From: Squalus acanthias
Lineage: Eukaryota
Reading direction: 5' to 3'
Assembly (NCBI GenBank): GCA_030390025.1
Contig: CM059431.1
Span: 23,498,001 to 23,562,000, forward strand
Length of the DNA: 64,000 bases
The position numbers and the translations under genes were made by a program. Of the stretch, positions 12,843 to 25,471 are shown one piece after another (position 1 is the stretch's first letter; every line of letters starts with the position of its first letter). The notes beneath the pieces are model-generated. The model was not told the DNA's origin. It searched no databases and saw nothing but the letters and a program-made list of their open reading frames with translations.

Positions 12843-13608
12843 GGCCCAGAAATTAAACATCGATGGTTCCCGTGGGGGTAAGGATTCCCCGCGATATCGC
12901 ACTCCGCGCCTACCTTTTTGTTTGGGGCCCACATGAACTTTAGTTTCAGAGCCTCTCCCTGTTGCAACTGTGCAGTGCTTGCGTGACCCAGAGGCGTAAT
13001 TAGTTCGTGCGAGCTCTGGGATCACGTGATTCAGTTAGAGCCAATGGCAGCACACCATCTTTCATTCATAGTTTTGATGGCAAGTGCTGTCAAAGTTATG
13101 AATACTACAAGCCCCCAAAAGAACAGCTAAACCTCAATTAAATTTTTTTAAAAAGCCATCACATTAATAAAATAAGTATAGTTAAATAAATTAACCACTT
13201 TAAACAAAAAATTAAATTTTTGAAAAAATTTAAAATCTTTTTAAAAGTTATAAAAATAAACTTACCTTTCTTTAAAGTCTCTAAAAAAGATAAACCTGTT
13301 GAAAAAAATTTAAAATAACACTTAATTAACTACTTACCTTGTTAAAAGGGGGTCCTACGCCTGCTTTCTTTGTGTGTAAAATCTTCACCACTTACCTGCG
13401 CGTTCAAACCTGGAAAAAAAAACTAAGTGCGCTGCGTGCGCACAACCTGTACTGCACACGCGGTTCACTTAGGAACCGCCCCCTTTGCAATTCACGAAGT
13501 GCCGGTTTCCCGCGCATGCGCAGTGCATGCAGGAAACCGGCAATTCGGGACCTGATACGCGAGAGTACACAGTGCGTACTCTCGCATATTAGGTTTAATT
13601 TTCGGGCC
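12843..13608. mobile_element. PIF/Harbinger-like MITE (copy 1)
   Basis: TIR GGCCCAGAAATTAAAC / GTTTAATTTTCGGGCC; 3-bp ATT duplication; CpG-rich ends, AT-rich centre; homologous to 17996-18748. Confidence 0.8.
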
Positions 13609-13947
13609 ATTAGCTGTCCTTATTCAAAAACTTCACACTTACAAACTTTACTTTTCATCAGTGCCAAACTTCCCTCTGAATTGAAGGTGCTTATGTTTAT
13701 TTTTGTAATATAATTGTGAATATTAGTTCTTTGGTCCATAGTAGCTCCAATTGTAAGTTGTTCTTCCTGTTGGGGAAGCATAATGAAAGACACAGTTTCC
13801 CTCCAAATATTGTGCTTTGTTTTTGCTTACTATGTGTTAAATTTAGAACACAAAATACATTTATGGAGAGAATTCCACAATGTAATTGAAAATGTCCATA
13901 TTTTTCCTTTAATCTAAATTATTCACCATGTGAATATGCAGCCTTAC

Positions 13948-14240
13948 ATAGAATTACATAGAAGATACAGCACAGAAACAGGCCATTCGGCCCAACCAGT
14001 CTATGTCAGCGTTTATGCTCCACTCGAGCCTCCTCCCGTCTTTCCTCATCTAACTCTATCAGCATAACCCTCTACTCCCTTCTCCCTCATATGCTTATCT
14101 AACTTCCCCATAAATGCATCTATACTATTCACTTCAACCACTCCCTGTGGTAGCGAGTTCCACATTCTAACCACTCTCTGGGTAAAGAAGTTTCTTCTGA
14201 ATTCCCTATTTGATTTCTTGGTGACTATCTTATATTGATA
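13948..14240 (-). mobile_element. CR1-type LINE 3' fragment
   Basis: Minus-strand tail (...ggccgaatggcctgtttctgtgctgta) and FTQRVVRMWNSLP-like coding. Confidence 0.75.
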
Positions 14241-14716
14241 TTCATCTTATGTTTTATAATTTTTATTGTGCTCAATTTGAAAACCAATGGTATGCAAATA
14301 TGCTGCAAAATTCACCACCAATCAAGCATGTAAAAAGTAATTTTAGTCCCAACATCTCCCCATTTTTGATACAATGAGGTGGAAAGCAGATGTTTGCCCT
14401 GCTTCCAAATTTCACTAAATAATTTCCTGCAATTTAGGAACTGACAAATGATGCCATTAGCACAAGATCACACGATACTTACAGATGGGGAAGGCCCATT
14501 TAAGTCATCCATCCAGAACAACCCTACACTTCCCCCATTATCGCATCTAGTTGTTTCTTAATTGATTCCAAGGCGTTTGGCACCATTACTCGGCCCAGAT
14601 ATCCATTTCAAGTATTGATCACTCTCTGTGTGAAGAGCTGACATATCAGTTATAAAGTTATCCTTTACTACTTTAAACCTGTGCCCCATTGTCCTACTCT
14701 CACCATTTAATTTAAA

Positions 14717-14900
14717 AATGAGAAGTCGCACAACACCAGGTTATAGTCCAACAGTTTTATTTAAAATTACGAGCTTTCGGAGCTGTTGCCCCTTCGTCAG
14801 GTAAAGGTACAATGAGGGAATCTATTACACAGTATATAAACACAGAAAGCAATTTGTCTGCAGAGATACAATCTTTCAGGGAGGCATTACATCAAATTTA
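14717..14900 (-). mobile_element. PLE pLTR remnant, family 1
   Basis: Shares aaaatgagaagtcgcacaacaccaggttatagtccaacag with the other copies; 12-bp TSD atttaatttaaa (14705, 14901). Confidence 0.8.
14767..14804 (-). ncRNA. Minimal type-I hammerhead ribozyme motif (PLE family 1)
   Basis: Minus strand UUAC-CUGACGA-A-GGGGC(AACA)GCUCC-GAAA-GC-UC^GUAA; stem I UUAC/GUAA. Confidence 0.82.
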
Positions 14901-15381
14901 ATTTAATTTAAAGTAGAATTCCAAATTAGCCTTTACCATGTCATTTACTATCTTGTATCCCTCTATACGATCACCCCCAAGATGCTTTGTTTCCAGTCTG
15001 GAAAAGCCCACGTCTCTCCAGTCTTTTTTCATAACTCAGACCCTTAATGCTGGGATCAGCCTCGTGGCTTTTCTCTGTAGTTTCCAGCATTTGAATGTCT
15101 CCCTTTTTTCTCAGCAACCAGAACTGATCACGATACTAAAGGTACGGCCTGACCCAAGCACTGTAGAGTTTGATCCCTACTTCTCTCTGACTTGTATTCT
15201 ACTGTTTTGGCAATCTAGTTCAACATTCTGTTGGCTCTGTATTAACATTTTAATTTCAGATGTGTTGTCTTTTAAGTTTTGCGTACACAATTATGACAAA
15301 ATAGTCATGTGTTTTTATAATTCTGATTATTGCTGTATGCCACATTGTAATTGTAAGCCTATTTTTTCCTTTGATTTCCAG

Positions 15382-15414
15382 GCCTTTGAAGACCTCAGTA
15401 AACTAATGAAAAAG
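15382..15414 (+). CDS. VPS36: VPS36 33-nt micro-exon
   Basis: tttccag acceptor; AFEDLSKLMKK; GTAAGC donor; joins in frame between ...NISE and AKEMV... Confidence 0.95.
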
Positions 15415-16419
15415 GTAAGCTTCCACCAACTCTTCCTAATCAGCTTGTAATGATATTGTACGTTACCTGAGATGATTTAAATAACTGGTATTTGATGAAT
15501 AAGCTGATAAGTGGTTCCTCCATATTTAATGAAAGCAAAGATAACATATACAAATGGAAACTATTATTATGGACCTCTATGTGAAGAAGCAAATATTTCA
15601 CTTTAATTTTAGAACGTGTACTGAAGTAACCATCCTGTCGAAAATCAGAAACCTCCCTCAACAAATACTATGAAATGCTTCTAAATCTCTGCATCTATTC
15701 TTGCAATTCTCTCAGCTGAGCAGCAGGCAGAGGCAGTGGCTAGCCACCGACCTAGAGATTATCTTCTTCACCATCCTTTCTCATGATGAGAGCAGAGGCC
15801 ACTGCAAGGCTCACTCTGTCATTGCAGCCTCCCTGTTGTTACCTTTATCACCTTCGCATTCAGTTTTAAGTTGCTTGTCTTTCCATACTTTCTAAATTCT
15901 GTCCAGATAAGCAGCTGTGAATTTATCCTCCTCCTACTGAAACTCCCAACTCCTTCATTACTAGCTGATCTTATCATCTCGTCAGAATATAAATTGAAGT
16001 CACTGTCAGAGCCAGTGCAGGAGATAGACAATAACAACAACTGATCACATTTTTATAGTGCCTTTTAATGTAGAAAAACATCCCAAGGCACTTCAGAGAT
16101 CTAATCATCTAAAAAAAAATAGATGGGTTGAGGCCTGGGATTCGATCACCCATCTGACCTCTTTCTTGTCGAATGGTGCATGGCATATGGTGCACCTGTA
16201 ACAAATAAACGGGTGGGTATGTGTATATGTTATTCATTTAAAAAAAAAAAAAAAATTCCAACACAAAAAATAGAAACACATTGCAGCATCGCCTACATAT
16301 TCTGTAGAAATTGGATATCTAAGTTTGATTTACCCTGTTGTGATGAGTTCTTGGTCACAACGCTCCTGGTGAGTCCAGGGTCCTCCCCATAGAGGACAAG
16401 AACATTCAGAGGGATAGTT

Positions 16420-16798
16420 ACATAGAAACATAGAATCTAGGAGCAGGAGTAGGCCATTCGGCCCGTCGAGCCTGCTCCACCATTCAATACGATCATGGCT
16501 GATCATCCAAATCCAGTACCCTGTCCCTGCTTTAATCCCCACAGTACACATATCCCACCCTACCCCCGTAACCCCACGTATTTAATTCCCCCCTAACACT
16601 AAGGGTCAATTTATCATAGTCAAATCAACCTAACCCGCACATTTTTGGACTGTGGGAGGAAACCGGAGCACCCGGAGGAAACCCACGCAGACACGGGGAG
16701 AATGTGCAAACTCCACACAGACAGTCACCCGAGGTCAGATTCGAACCCAGGTCCCTGGCGCTGTGAGGCACCAGTGCTAACCACTATGCCACCGTGTT
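16420..16798 (-). mobile_element. HE1-like V-SINE with CR1 tail
   Basis: tRNA head ggtggcatagtggttagcac...gggttcgaatc; V-domain tgtgtggagtttgcacattctccccgtgtctgcgtgggtttcctccgggtgctccggtttcctccca; CR1 3' tail. Confidence 0.88.
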
Positions 16799-16887
16799 AC
16801 ACATGGGCAACTCCAGCATGGCTCCTGGTGGGTTCTGAGAACAGCATTCCCCAAGGCTTTGTTGGTTGTCTACTCATTTTCTTATAA

Positions 16888-17046
16888 AAACATAAGAAAT
16901 AGGAGCAGGAGCAGGCCATTTGGCCCTTCGAGCCTGCTCCGACCTTCAGTAAGATCATGGCTGATCTTCTACCTCATCTCCACTTTCCTGCACTATCCCC
17001 ATATCCCTTGATTCCCTTAATATTCAAAAATCTATCGATCTCTGTC
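16888..17046 (-). mobile_element. CR1 3' end fragment
   Basis: cataagaaataggagcaggag...gatcatggctgatc, same tail as at 4208. Confidence 0.8.
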
Positions 17047-17459
17047 TCTCATGTGTGGCTTGAGAGGGAGGAGTGAGGGGGGCATCTAAAAGAATGTTAT
17101 ACCCTCATGAGAAATTACCAAAAAGAACACCTTAAAAAAAAAACTGTCAAACGATAAACAACAAGACACCAGTACAAGCAGTTATAATGAGGCTGCACAT
17201 TCCCTTTGTTTAGAGAAGTGGCTTAGATGTGGATCACAGCAGCTCATACTGGTAATTGTTGATGGGTGGTTTGAAATGAAAGCCTGTTGATGGTCATTAT
17301 AATGCCAAATGATCATCTCGTACAACTCATGTCACTGCTAATTCATGATGGTCAATGCTTTAAACTTTACTAATGTAAGTCTTTTTATCTGACTAATGAA
17401 TTATAGAATGTATTCAAAATGGACTAAGTGATCTAAGTGTATATTGCTTTTTTTTTTAG

Positions 17460-17537
17460 GCCAAAGAGATGGTTGACTTGTCAAAATTAATAGCAAATAA
17501 AATCAAAGACAAGCAAGGTGACATTTCTGAGGACGAG
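17460..17537 (+). CDS. VPS36: VPS36 coding exon
   Basis: polyT-AG acceptor; [26 protein letters not shown]; GTAAGA donor; 78 nt. Confidence 0.96.
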
Positions 17538-17589
17538 GTAAGAAATTTGTCTTGCAAATTTTTAGAATTTTAGTTGACCTCAAAGAAAT

Positions 17590-17985
17590 AAGGAATATTT
17601 GTATAGCATCTTTCAAGTTGCTCAGGAACGTCATAAATCTCTTCACAATCAATTAACTTTGAAATATAGTGATCGCTGTTATGTAGGCAGATACGGAAGC
17701 CATATTGCACGCAGCAAGATCCCACAAACAGCAGTGCAAAGAATGGCAATTTAATTTGCTTTATGTGCTGTTGGTTGAGGGAGGAATGTTGGCCAAGGCA
17801 TCAGGGAAATACTCCCTACTCTTCTTCCAAAATGCCATGGGATCTTTAACGTCCACTTAAACAACTGGAACAGGGAGATAGGACTTCGCTTTAATATCTC
17901 GTCTGAAGGACAACACCTCTAACAATGCAGCATTCCTTCAGCACTGTTCTAAAGTGTCAGTCTAGATTATGTGTTCAAGTCCAGG
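17590..17985 (-). mobile_element. Diverged Deu-domain SINE
   Basis: Reverse complement colinear with the 8413-8877 core (tgccatgggatcttt, cccacaaacagca). Confidence 0.72.
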
Positions 17986-17995
17986 ATGAAATAAT

Positions 17996-18748
17996 GGCCC
18001 AGAAATTTGACTCGGAGGCTTGCCGCCGGGGTAAGGATCCCCCGCGATATCACACTCCGCGCCGGCCGTTGTGTTTCGGGCCCACAGGAACTTCGGGTCC
18101 TGGGCCTCTCCCTGGTGCCGGCGCACAGTGTGTGCGTGTCCCAGAGGCGCAGTTAGTGCGATGCGACCTCTGGGATCACGTGGGCCATGGAGAGCCAATG
18201 GCAGCAGACTATCTTTCATTCATAGATTTGACAGGAGACCTGTCAAATCTATGAATACAAATTGCCCCCAAAAGAACAGCTAAACCTCAAATAAATTTTT
18301 TTAAAAACCATCACATTAATAAAATAACTATAGTTAAATAAATTAACCACTTTAAACAAAAATTAAAATTTTTGAAAAAATTTAAATTCTTTTTAAAAGT
18401 TATAAAAATAAACTTACCTTTCTTTAAAGTCTCTAAAAAAGATAAACCTGTTGAAAATTTTTTTAAATTATACTTAATTAACTACTTACCTTGTTAAAAG
18501 GGAGTCTTACGCCTCCTTTTTTCATGTGTAAATTCTTCCATACTTACCCTCGTGTTGAAACCTGAAAAAAAACCTAAGTGTGCTGCGTGCGCGCAGCCTC
18601 TAGTGCGCACGCGGTTCACCTAGGAACCGCCCCCTTCACCATACCGGAAGTGCCGGTTTCCCGCGCATGCGCAGTGCATGCAGGAAACTGGCACTTCGGG
18701 ATCTAATACGGGTGAGTACTCTCCCGTATTAGGCTGAATTTTTGGGCC
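17996..18748. mobile_element. PIF/Harbinger-like MITE (copy 2, same orientation as copy 1)
   Basis: GGCCCAGAAATT...AATTTTTGGGCC termini; AAT/ATT flanks; highly similar to 12843-13608. Confidence 0.8.
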
Positions 18749-19659
18749 ATTATGTATTAGACATGATTGGATAAAACAAAAACTTTGTTTAAGTTGCCAA
18801 TCCAATAGCCCAGCCAAGAAATCATTGCAGGTGCTTCTTTTGGTGATATAATCTACTCAGTCAACAAAGATCCAAGCAAAAAAAAAGCAGGAAAAATAAT
18901 TTAGCTCGAATAGAAGGGCAGGACTATATTTCTCTCAAAGGGAAGTCCGCTCTTATCATCAACCTCTGATAAGCACATACTTTTTCCTTTGGTCCTGCAT
19001 TAATGTGTTAACAATCATAATAGGACATGTCTCTGATGAGCATAACAACTTTAACAGTGCCCTCAAATGTGCTATAACAAGAGCTGACTTTTACATTTTG
19101 GGAGAAATGTAGTTTTACATTTCTGTTCTAAGCAAATCAGCCACACTGCTAAATGTATTTTTTTCTGCTCATCTTGCTTGGATCTTGTTGATTTAGTCTT
19201 TGTGAAATTGTGTAATCGTGTTCATTATTCTTGTTGGTATGCAAGATGTCACTATGTTTGGTGCTTGAAGAGGTGACTAAGATTCAGCTGGTATTTGATA
19301 ACATCAGCTGATATTGGATTTACCAGGGGTGTTAAGTTGAGGCAAGGCTATTTTCTGCTAGGGCAGAAAGAAAAACCCAGCACTGAATTACAGGGGCCCA
19401 AGACCAGTTTTCCTGGCCACATTTTCAGCTGGGGGCATAGGCACAGCCACCAACAAAGTAATCATAAGGAAGCCAGGTACCTGCCCACATGCTTTCACTT
19501 AAGACTTGTTCAAACCAATTGTCATTCTTAACAAATTTTTACAAAACTATTTGATTCAGTGGTTCTCAAACTTTTCTGGGCTGGAGGCCATCAAAACCAC
19601 ACTCGGTCTTTGATATCCCTCTAGTTATTGGTAGTGGTAAGCTCACAAAAAAAAGTCTC

Positions 19660-20015
19660 TCCTCCTTCACTTTTATTTCAGTTGCTATCCTCCATTACTT
19701 CTTTTTTCCCCTCTCCTCCTTCACGGCTGTTTCTGTCTCCCTTCTTCACAGTTAGCTCTCTCTCTCTCTCCTCTACTGCTGTCTCATACTCCTCCTTTGC
19801 TTTTTCCCTTACTGTCCTCTTTTGTTTCTCTTGATCTCTACACTTTCACTTGTTTCTTATTTTCTTCCTCACTTTCATCTCTCACTCTCCACACTAACTT
19901 TTGTCTCTCTTCCCTTACTTTCGTCTCTCCTTCCTTAGTTTTTTCCTTCCCTTACTTTTCCTTTTCCTCTTTTCCCCTTTTGCCTCTGCAACAGTTTTCT
20001 TTTTACTCTACTTCC
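19660..20015 (+). repeat. Pyrimidine-rich low-complexity tract
   Basis: ~350 nt dominated by C/T, including (CT)n. Confidence 0.7.
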
Positions 20016-21014
20016 TAGAGCATTGGAGCTGCTGCATAGGGAGCTGCATGCGGAAGGCGAGAGGGCTGGGTGGATGGCTCAATCATCCAAGAAGTGGGGC
20101 TTTAAAACAAGCATGGGGAAATGGACTTGAAAAAGAACACACAACAGCAGGACTTTAAAAAGAGAAAGGGTTTGGGAAATTGAGAGACTATTTATTGCTA
20201 AATGTTGGTTTAACATTATCTTGACCATTCTGGATGGTGGTTAAAAGAAGTTGAGGTTTAAGCCTTAAAAATGGATCGGTGAATCGCCATTCTTAGAGGT
20301 TCCGGCCATTTTTCTCACTTAAATCAGCACGATATTTACAGGCAAATGAAAATTACAGGCGGATACAATAAATAGAAGAAAATCTATTTTCCTTTTAGTG
20401 TATATTTTTAAGTAAAATAGATTCCTTCATAAATAAGAAAATATGCAAGAAAAGGCATTTGGCCCAGCAGGCTTGCTTCTTCCATGTATCATGTGTAATT
20501 TACCCTATTATGGACTCCATCTCACCAATCTAGTTTTTGAAGTGAATTTTTTGCATATATACTTCATTACCCTCAAAAGTAATTGTGCAAAACTCAAAAA
20601 TACTCACCTATTCTCACTTCTTTACTATTCAATCCTGGCTTGCTGATCTCCACAGACAACAGTCACCTTGCAGTGTAGTTGTACTTCATTCTTGCAAGAT
20701 GATGCGGTTTGGTTTGTTTGAATTTCATGACTATCAGGTCTCTGGCTAAAAATTTAATGTCCTATTTCATAGTCAAAATTCAACTGTGTGAGAATTGCTA
20801 GATTAATAAATCTAGGTTGGCATGAACCAGTAGCTTGCTAGCTCAGATTTCCACTGTTTCTTATTTCAGCTGAACCCCATAGTTTTTTCCCCAAAATATA
20901 TACTTTAAAAACTTTTATGGCGTTTTATCCATCTGTTGATTTCATCCAGTCATGTTATGTGAAACATTTTTTATATGTTGTGAAACTAAAAGACATGTAT
21001 TCTCTGTTGCACAG

Positions 21015-21149
21015 ACTATTCGTTTCAAGTCCTATTTGCTGAGCATGGGTATAGCTAATCCAGTTACCAGAGAGACGCATGGATCTGGAACACATTACCA
21101 TATGCAGTTGGCTAAACAGCTGGCAGGAATGTTGCAAGCACCTTTAGAG
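21015..21149 (+). CDS. VPS36: VPS36 coding exon
   Basis: CAG acceptor; [45 protein letters not shown]; GTAAAT donor; 135 nt. Confidence 0.97.
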
Positions 21150-21299
21150 GTAAATGATTCTCCTTAGTTGCTTTTTCTCAGCCCCATGATCAATATTCTA
21201 TACAGTGATACCTGAATTTGAAATGAAAGCATTGTGGGTTTGGACTAAACTAAAAATGTAGTCATTCACAATTGTAAACTAGGCACATAACTATATTAC

Positions 21300-21945
21300 A
21301 AGGACAACTTGCATTTATATAGTGTCTTTAAAGTAAAATGTCCCAAAGAGTGTAATCAAACATAAAATTGACACCAAGTCAAAGAAGAAGCTATTAGGAT
21401 GGGTGACTAAAAGCTTGGTCAAAGGAGTAGCATTTAAGGAACGTCTTAAAGGAGGAGAGAGGCGGAGAAGCTTAGGGAGGAAATTTCAGAGCTTTGGGCC
21501 TAGACAGCTGAAGGCACAACTGTCATGCTGGGGTGAAGAAGTGGGGGTTGAACAAGAGGCCAGAGTTCTCGGAGGGTTTCAGGGCTGGAGGAGGTTTTGA
21601 GAGGGGCGAGGCCATGGAGCGATTTCGACATGAGGATGAGAATTTAAAATCGAGGTTTTGGTGGACCGGGAGTCAGTGTAGGTCAGCAAGCATAGGGGTG
21701 ATGGGTGCACAGGACTTGATGCGACCTAGGACACAAGCAGCAGAGTTTTGATGAGTTCAAGTATATGTAGGGTGGAAGATGGGAGGACGGTCAGAAGAGG
21801 ATTGTAATAGCTAAGCAACACAAGCTTGAATGAGCGTTTCAGCAGCAGTTGGGCTGAAGCAGGACTAGGTCTTTCTAACGGAGAGGATATGGGGTCAGAA
21901 GCTCAGCTCACGGTCAAATAAGATGCCAAAGTTGCAAACAGTCTG
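21300..21945 (-). mobile_element. L2-type LINE 3' fragment
   Basis: Reverse of the L2 tail (acaacttgcatttatatag) and of the L2 3' region seen at 42400-43790. Confidence 0.7.
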
Positions 21946-24292
21946 GTTTGTATGCTTATACACACATGTAAAATTTTATGTAAGCGCATTAAGTGCTTCA
22001 AAAAACTAAAACAGGCATCTCAGCTCAGCACTTCTCTGGAGTACTTTCAGACCCTGGGACCACCTCCACTTACCAAGAATTCCTTGTCAATACTCCCAGA
22101 TCCCAGGACCATCTCAGTATTTCCAAGTTCTGGGACCCCAGCCAATTATACCTGACGGCTGCACCACTCTAAACCCTAGGGTCCTTGTACCTTCCCCCGC
22201 CCTCAGTACTGCCAGATCCCACATCCCTTCCAGCCCCCAGCACTGCCGCACCCACAGAGCGCACAAACTCCAGTACCTCCCCTAAACTCCCCTTACAATT
22301 CTGCAGAATCTGTATATCGTACCAACCCCACCCCACCAGTTCGAGCATCCCCACATCAATGCGACCAATCCTAGGCCACCCCACTTCTACAAAAACCCAG
22401 GCCCCACCCTAATGCTCCTAAATCCCACCCTTTGCCACATCAACAGTGTTGCTTAACAAACACATGCTTACTTCCAAGATGCTACATCTTGCCTACCATT
22501 TTCCTGCGTATCCTGGGCTTTAGAAAAGGTAAGCGATAAAAATTGAAATCTGTATTAAAGCAACATATAAAAATCAAAGTGATGGATTTCCAATTTTCAT
22601 GGAAAAATGAAGTGTTCTGGAATTTCACCAGAATACAATGTGATAAAAAGGCAATTTGACTTATTCAGTCAACATAAATAAGTGGCACTGACGATGCTAC
22701 ATAGCATGACAGTGTTGTTATGAAAAAGGCTATTCTCCAACTCAACATAAACAATGGTATGGGAGGTCCATTACCACAGTGTGGTCCACTACATTAGCCA
22801 CATTGGGAATCCAGATGTTGCTAATTGCATTTCTGATTAGTAAATAAAAAATGAGTAATAGACACTTGTTGAGCATATGCTCGCAATAATCATTTGCACA
22901 GCGTATGCATGCGTACTTTAACCTTTCTGTGGGTTTGTTGGTAAACTAGTAAGAAAAGCAGAGTGTTTTTTGATCATTGTGAGTGCTTTATTTCCTTGGT
23001 TACTGAATGGTGGTAGGTGTTTGTTAAGTAAATATACACACTGGAAGTACATTGACCTGTATTGCATGAGTAATGAGTACAGCATCTTTTACTAAAATTA
23101 ATGCATGTGTCACCATAGCCATATCTGTGGCTAGTCGGCAATTTCTATTGGACAACACTGCACGACAGCAAGTTGCAGTTATAGTGCCTTTTGATACAGA
23201 AAAAAGTCCTGAGGTATTTCAGAGATATTTTCAAAACAAATTATACAAATTTAAAAGTGGTAATTTAAAATGTTTTACTAATATACACAATTTCTGACTT
23301 TCATGCTTCAGATGGTTCATAGCGATTCAGATGTCTAAAGCAAGCTTTTGTGTTGCACTTGGAAACAGTATAAAGAGATAAAAGCAGTCATTTGGAACAT
23401 ACAGATAAACTATAGCAATTGAAAATACTGCAGCCATAATGTCTCCAAGCTGATAACTAATCCTGCATATGAATTCACCCAGTGTTTAATTAACATCAAT
23501 TAGACTTTCTAGCCATCCGAGAGAGACACACAAAATAATGCATTGTGTTTTAATAGTGTAGTGTTGCTGTACTTGTAAGACTGCCATGAAATATGCCATC
23601 TCATTGACATATGCCCATCTGTATATGTACGGCATGTCCCTGAGCACTTTTCTGCCCTCGTGACACCTTAAATCTTCCAAAAATTCAATGGGGGTCGGGC
23701 GGAAAGTCCAGGCCTATATGTCTTGTGTATAGCATACAGATGTCACACTTCAGAGTCTCGTATTTATTTTTAAAATATTTGCCTTTGTAATACATTAAAA
23801 AGAAAAGAGCCCCAGTTATTTCCTGTTAGTTTTTCTAACCTTGGAGTGGAGCCAGGGATTTATAAATACTGCCAATCTACCGAGAAACAATTACCCTCTC
23901 ATTTATTCGAGGATTTGCCTGTTTGCAGCAATTTGACCTTAAGCCTTAAAACGATAGGTAAGGTTACACACAGTTCCGTCTTAGTAGCAGAAAAATACAT
24001 TGTGTGTCACACAGTATAATGCTACTCCTCCAGTAAACAGCATTTCCTCCTAATTACTGTGACTGCCATGGAACATCCACTAGTATAATGACATTTAATT
24101 TTGTGAACTTCAAGTGTTCCTGTTAAAAGAAAATATGTTTTAAACATGCCAAAGCAGCCTTTTAATTAGATGAACGTTACATTAACAGGAAAACTGGAGG
24201 CATTTTGCATTATCACTTTGTCATAAGAAAAATCTGCACAACTGTTCTATTTTGTATGAAAAGATTTTTAAATCACTCTTAAACTTTGACAG

Positions 24293-24358
24293 GAACAAGG
24301 TGGAATGATGGCACTGACAGAGGTCTATTGCTTGACAAACCGAGCTCGAGGAATGGAG
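24293..24358 (+). CDS. VPS36: VPS36 coding exon (winged-helix region)
   Basis: CAG acceptor; [22 protein letters not shown]; GTAATG donor; 66 nt. Confidence 0.96.
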
Positions 24359-24653
24359 GTAATGGCACAATGTGTGAATAGCTTTCTAGTGTTCACATAG
24401 ATGTAAAACAGAGCAAATTTAGCTTCGAGGTGTAAAGTGGAACAGGCTAAAACTGGCATTAGCTTTTGGACACGAGTATTAATATTCAGGACAGATTGAT
24501 TGCAGACTTGACTCTGAAGCTGATTAAAGGGCAGTTATGGGACTGGGAAGTGTGGCAAATGACTGAGGGCAGGCTATTAACATACACTTCCACTTCTCTC
24601 CACATTTCTTGCTCTTGGTCAGCCAGCAGTGTGCTTAAATGGTGAAAGACATG

Positions 24654-24783
24654 GAGCGGAACTTTCAACTTCAGCGGGCCATAAAACTGATGGTCTCAGA
24701 TAGGCCGCCCGTTATGCACCCCGCCCGATTTCTTTTCCATTGAAGCCAGTTTTACATCCCCGCTGAAGTTGTAAGTTCCGCCT
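24654..24783. mobile_element. ~130-bp MITE
   Basis: TIR gcggaactttcaacttcagcggg / cccgctgaagttgtaagttccgc (22/23 match). Confidence 0.7.
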
Positions 24784-25145
24784 ATAGTTTCCCTTCCTCC
24801 AGTCAACAAGGTGCCTCACCTTTACAAGGTATCTCTTCTGACATTATTGGGAATACACCATCTAGAGGAAGTCAGGGTGGACTAGTGCATGTTAAATTGG
24901 AAAACTATTTGAACTAGGTATCTAGAGTGTGCCAAATGTAAATGTTCAAATATCAATTACTATTTTGTGAGCTCGAAATTCAGTGTTTCACACTTGGTCA
25001 GTGTTTTAATTTTGCTGTCTACTTTAAAAAAAAAAATGTAATGCAAGAAATGTTTTTTTTCCACTTTTATTTTTAACAGCCTTTGCTATTTGTAACAACT
25101 CCTTTACAAAAAAAAATTCTAATTATTATGTTTTGTTTCCATTAG

Positions 25146-25210
25146 CTTCTCTCACCAGAAGATTTAGTGAATGCTTGCAAAATGTTTGAGGCACTGAAGC
25201 TACCGATGAG
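25146..25210 (+). CDS. VPS36: VPS36 coding exon ending in a GC donor
   Basis: TAG acceptor; LLSPEDLVNACKMFEALKLPM + AG; donor AG|GCAAGT; the AG joins the A of the next exon to make an Arg codon. Confidence 0.93.
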
Positions 25211-25471
25211 GCAAGTAGACATATAAGATTTATACCAGTTTCTCACATACATGAGCATAATATGTCATAATGTCATCGGAAGGCATATTTATTTTCCCAT
25301 TTTAGATTGAGCTTTATGACTCAACAGACCTTGCGTTAGATCATCTTAGTTTCTCGCATATATATTTTGCATACTCTGTTTTATATCACGGCACCAATGA
25401 AAGCAGTATTACCTTGAAGTGGGACTGTATGGTCAACAGATGAATTCAATGGGCGCATTTCTTTTTTTTAA

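Larger units (their letters stand above)
14470..15250 (-). mobile_element. Old CR1 fragment, interrupted by a PLE remnant
   Basis: Degenerate CR1 RT C-terminal sequence on both sides of 14717-14900. Confidence 0.55.

Noticed and set aside
14938-15450. 170-aa ORF
   Set aside because: It is antisense CR1 remnant plus intron sequence in frame with the 33-nt VPS36 micro-exon; only AFEDLSKLMKK is real coding sequence.
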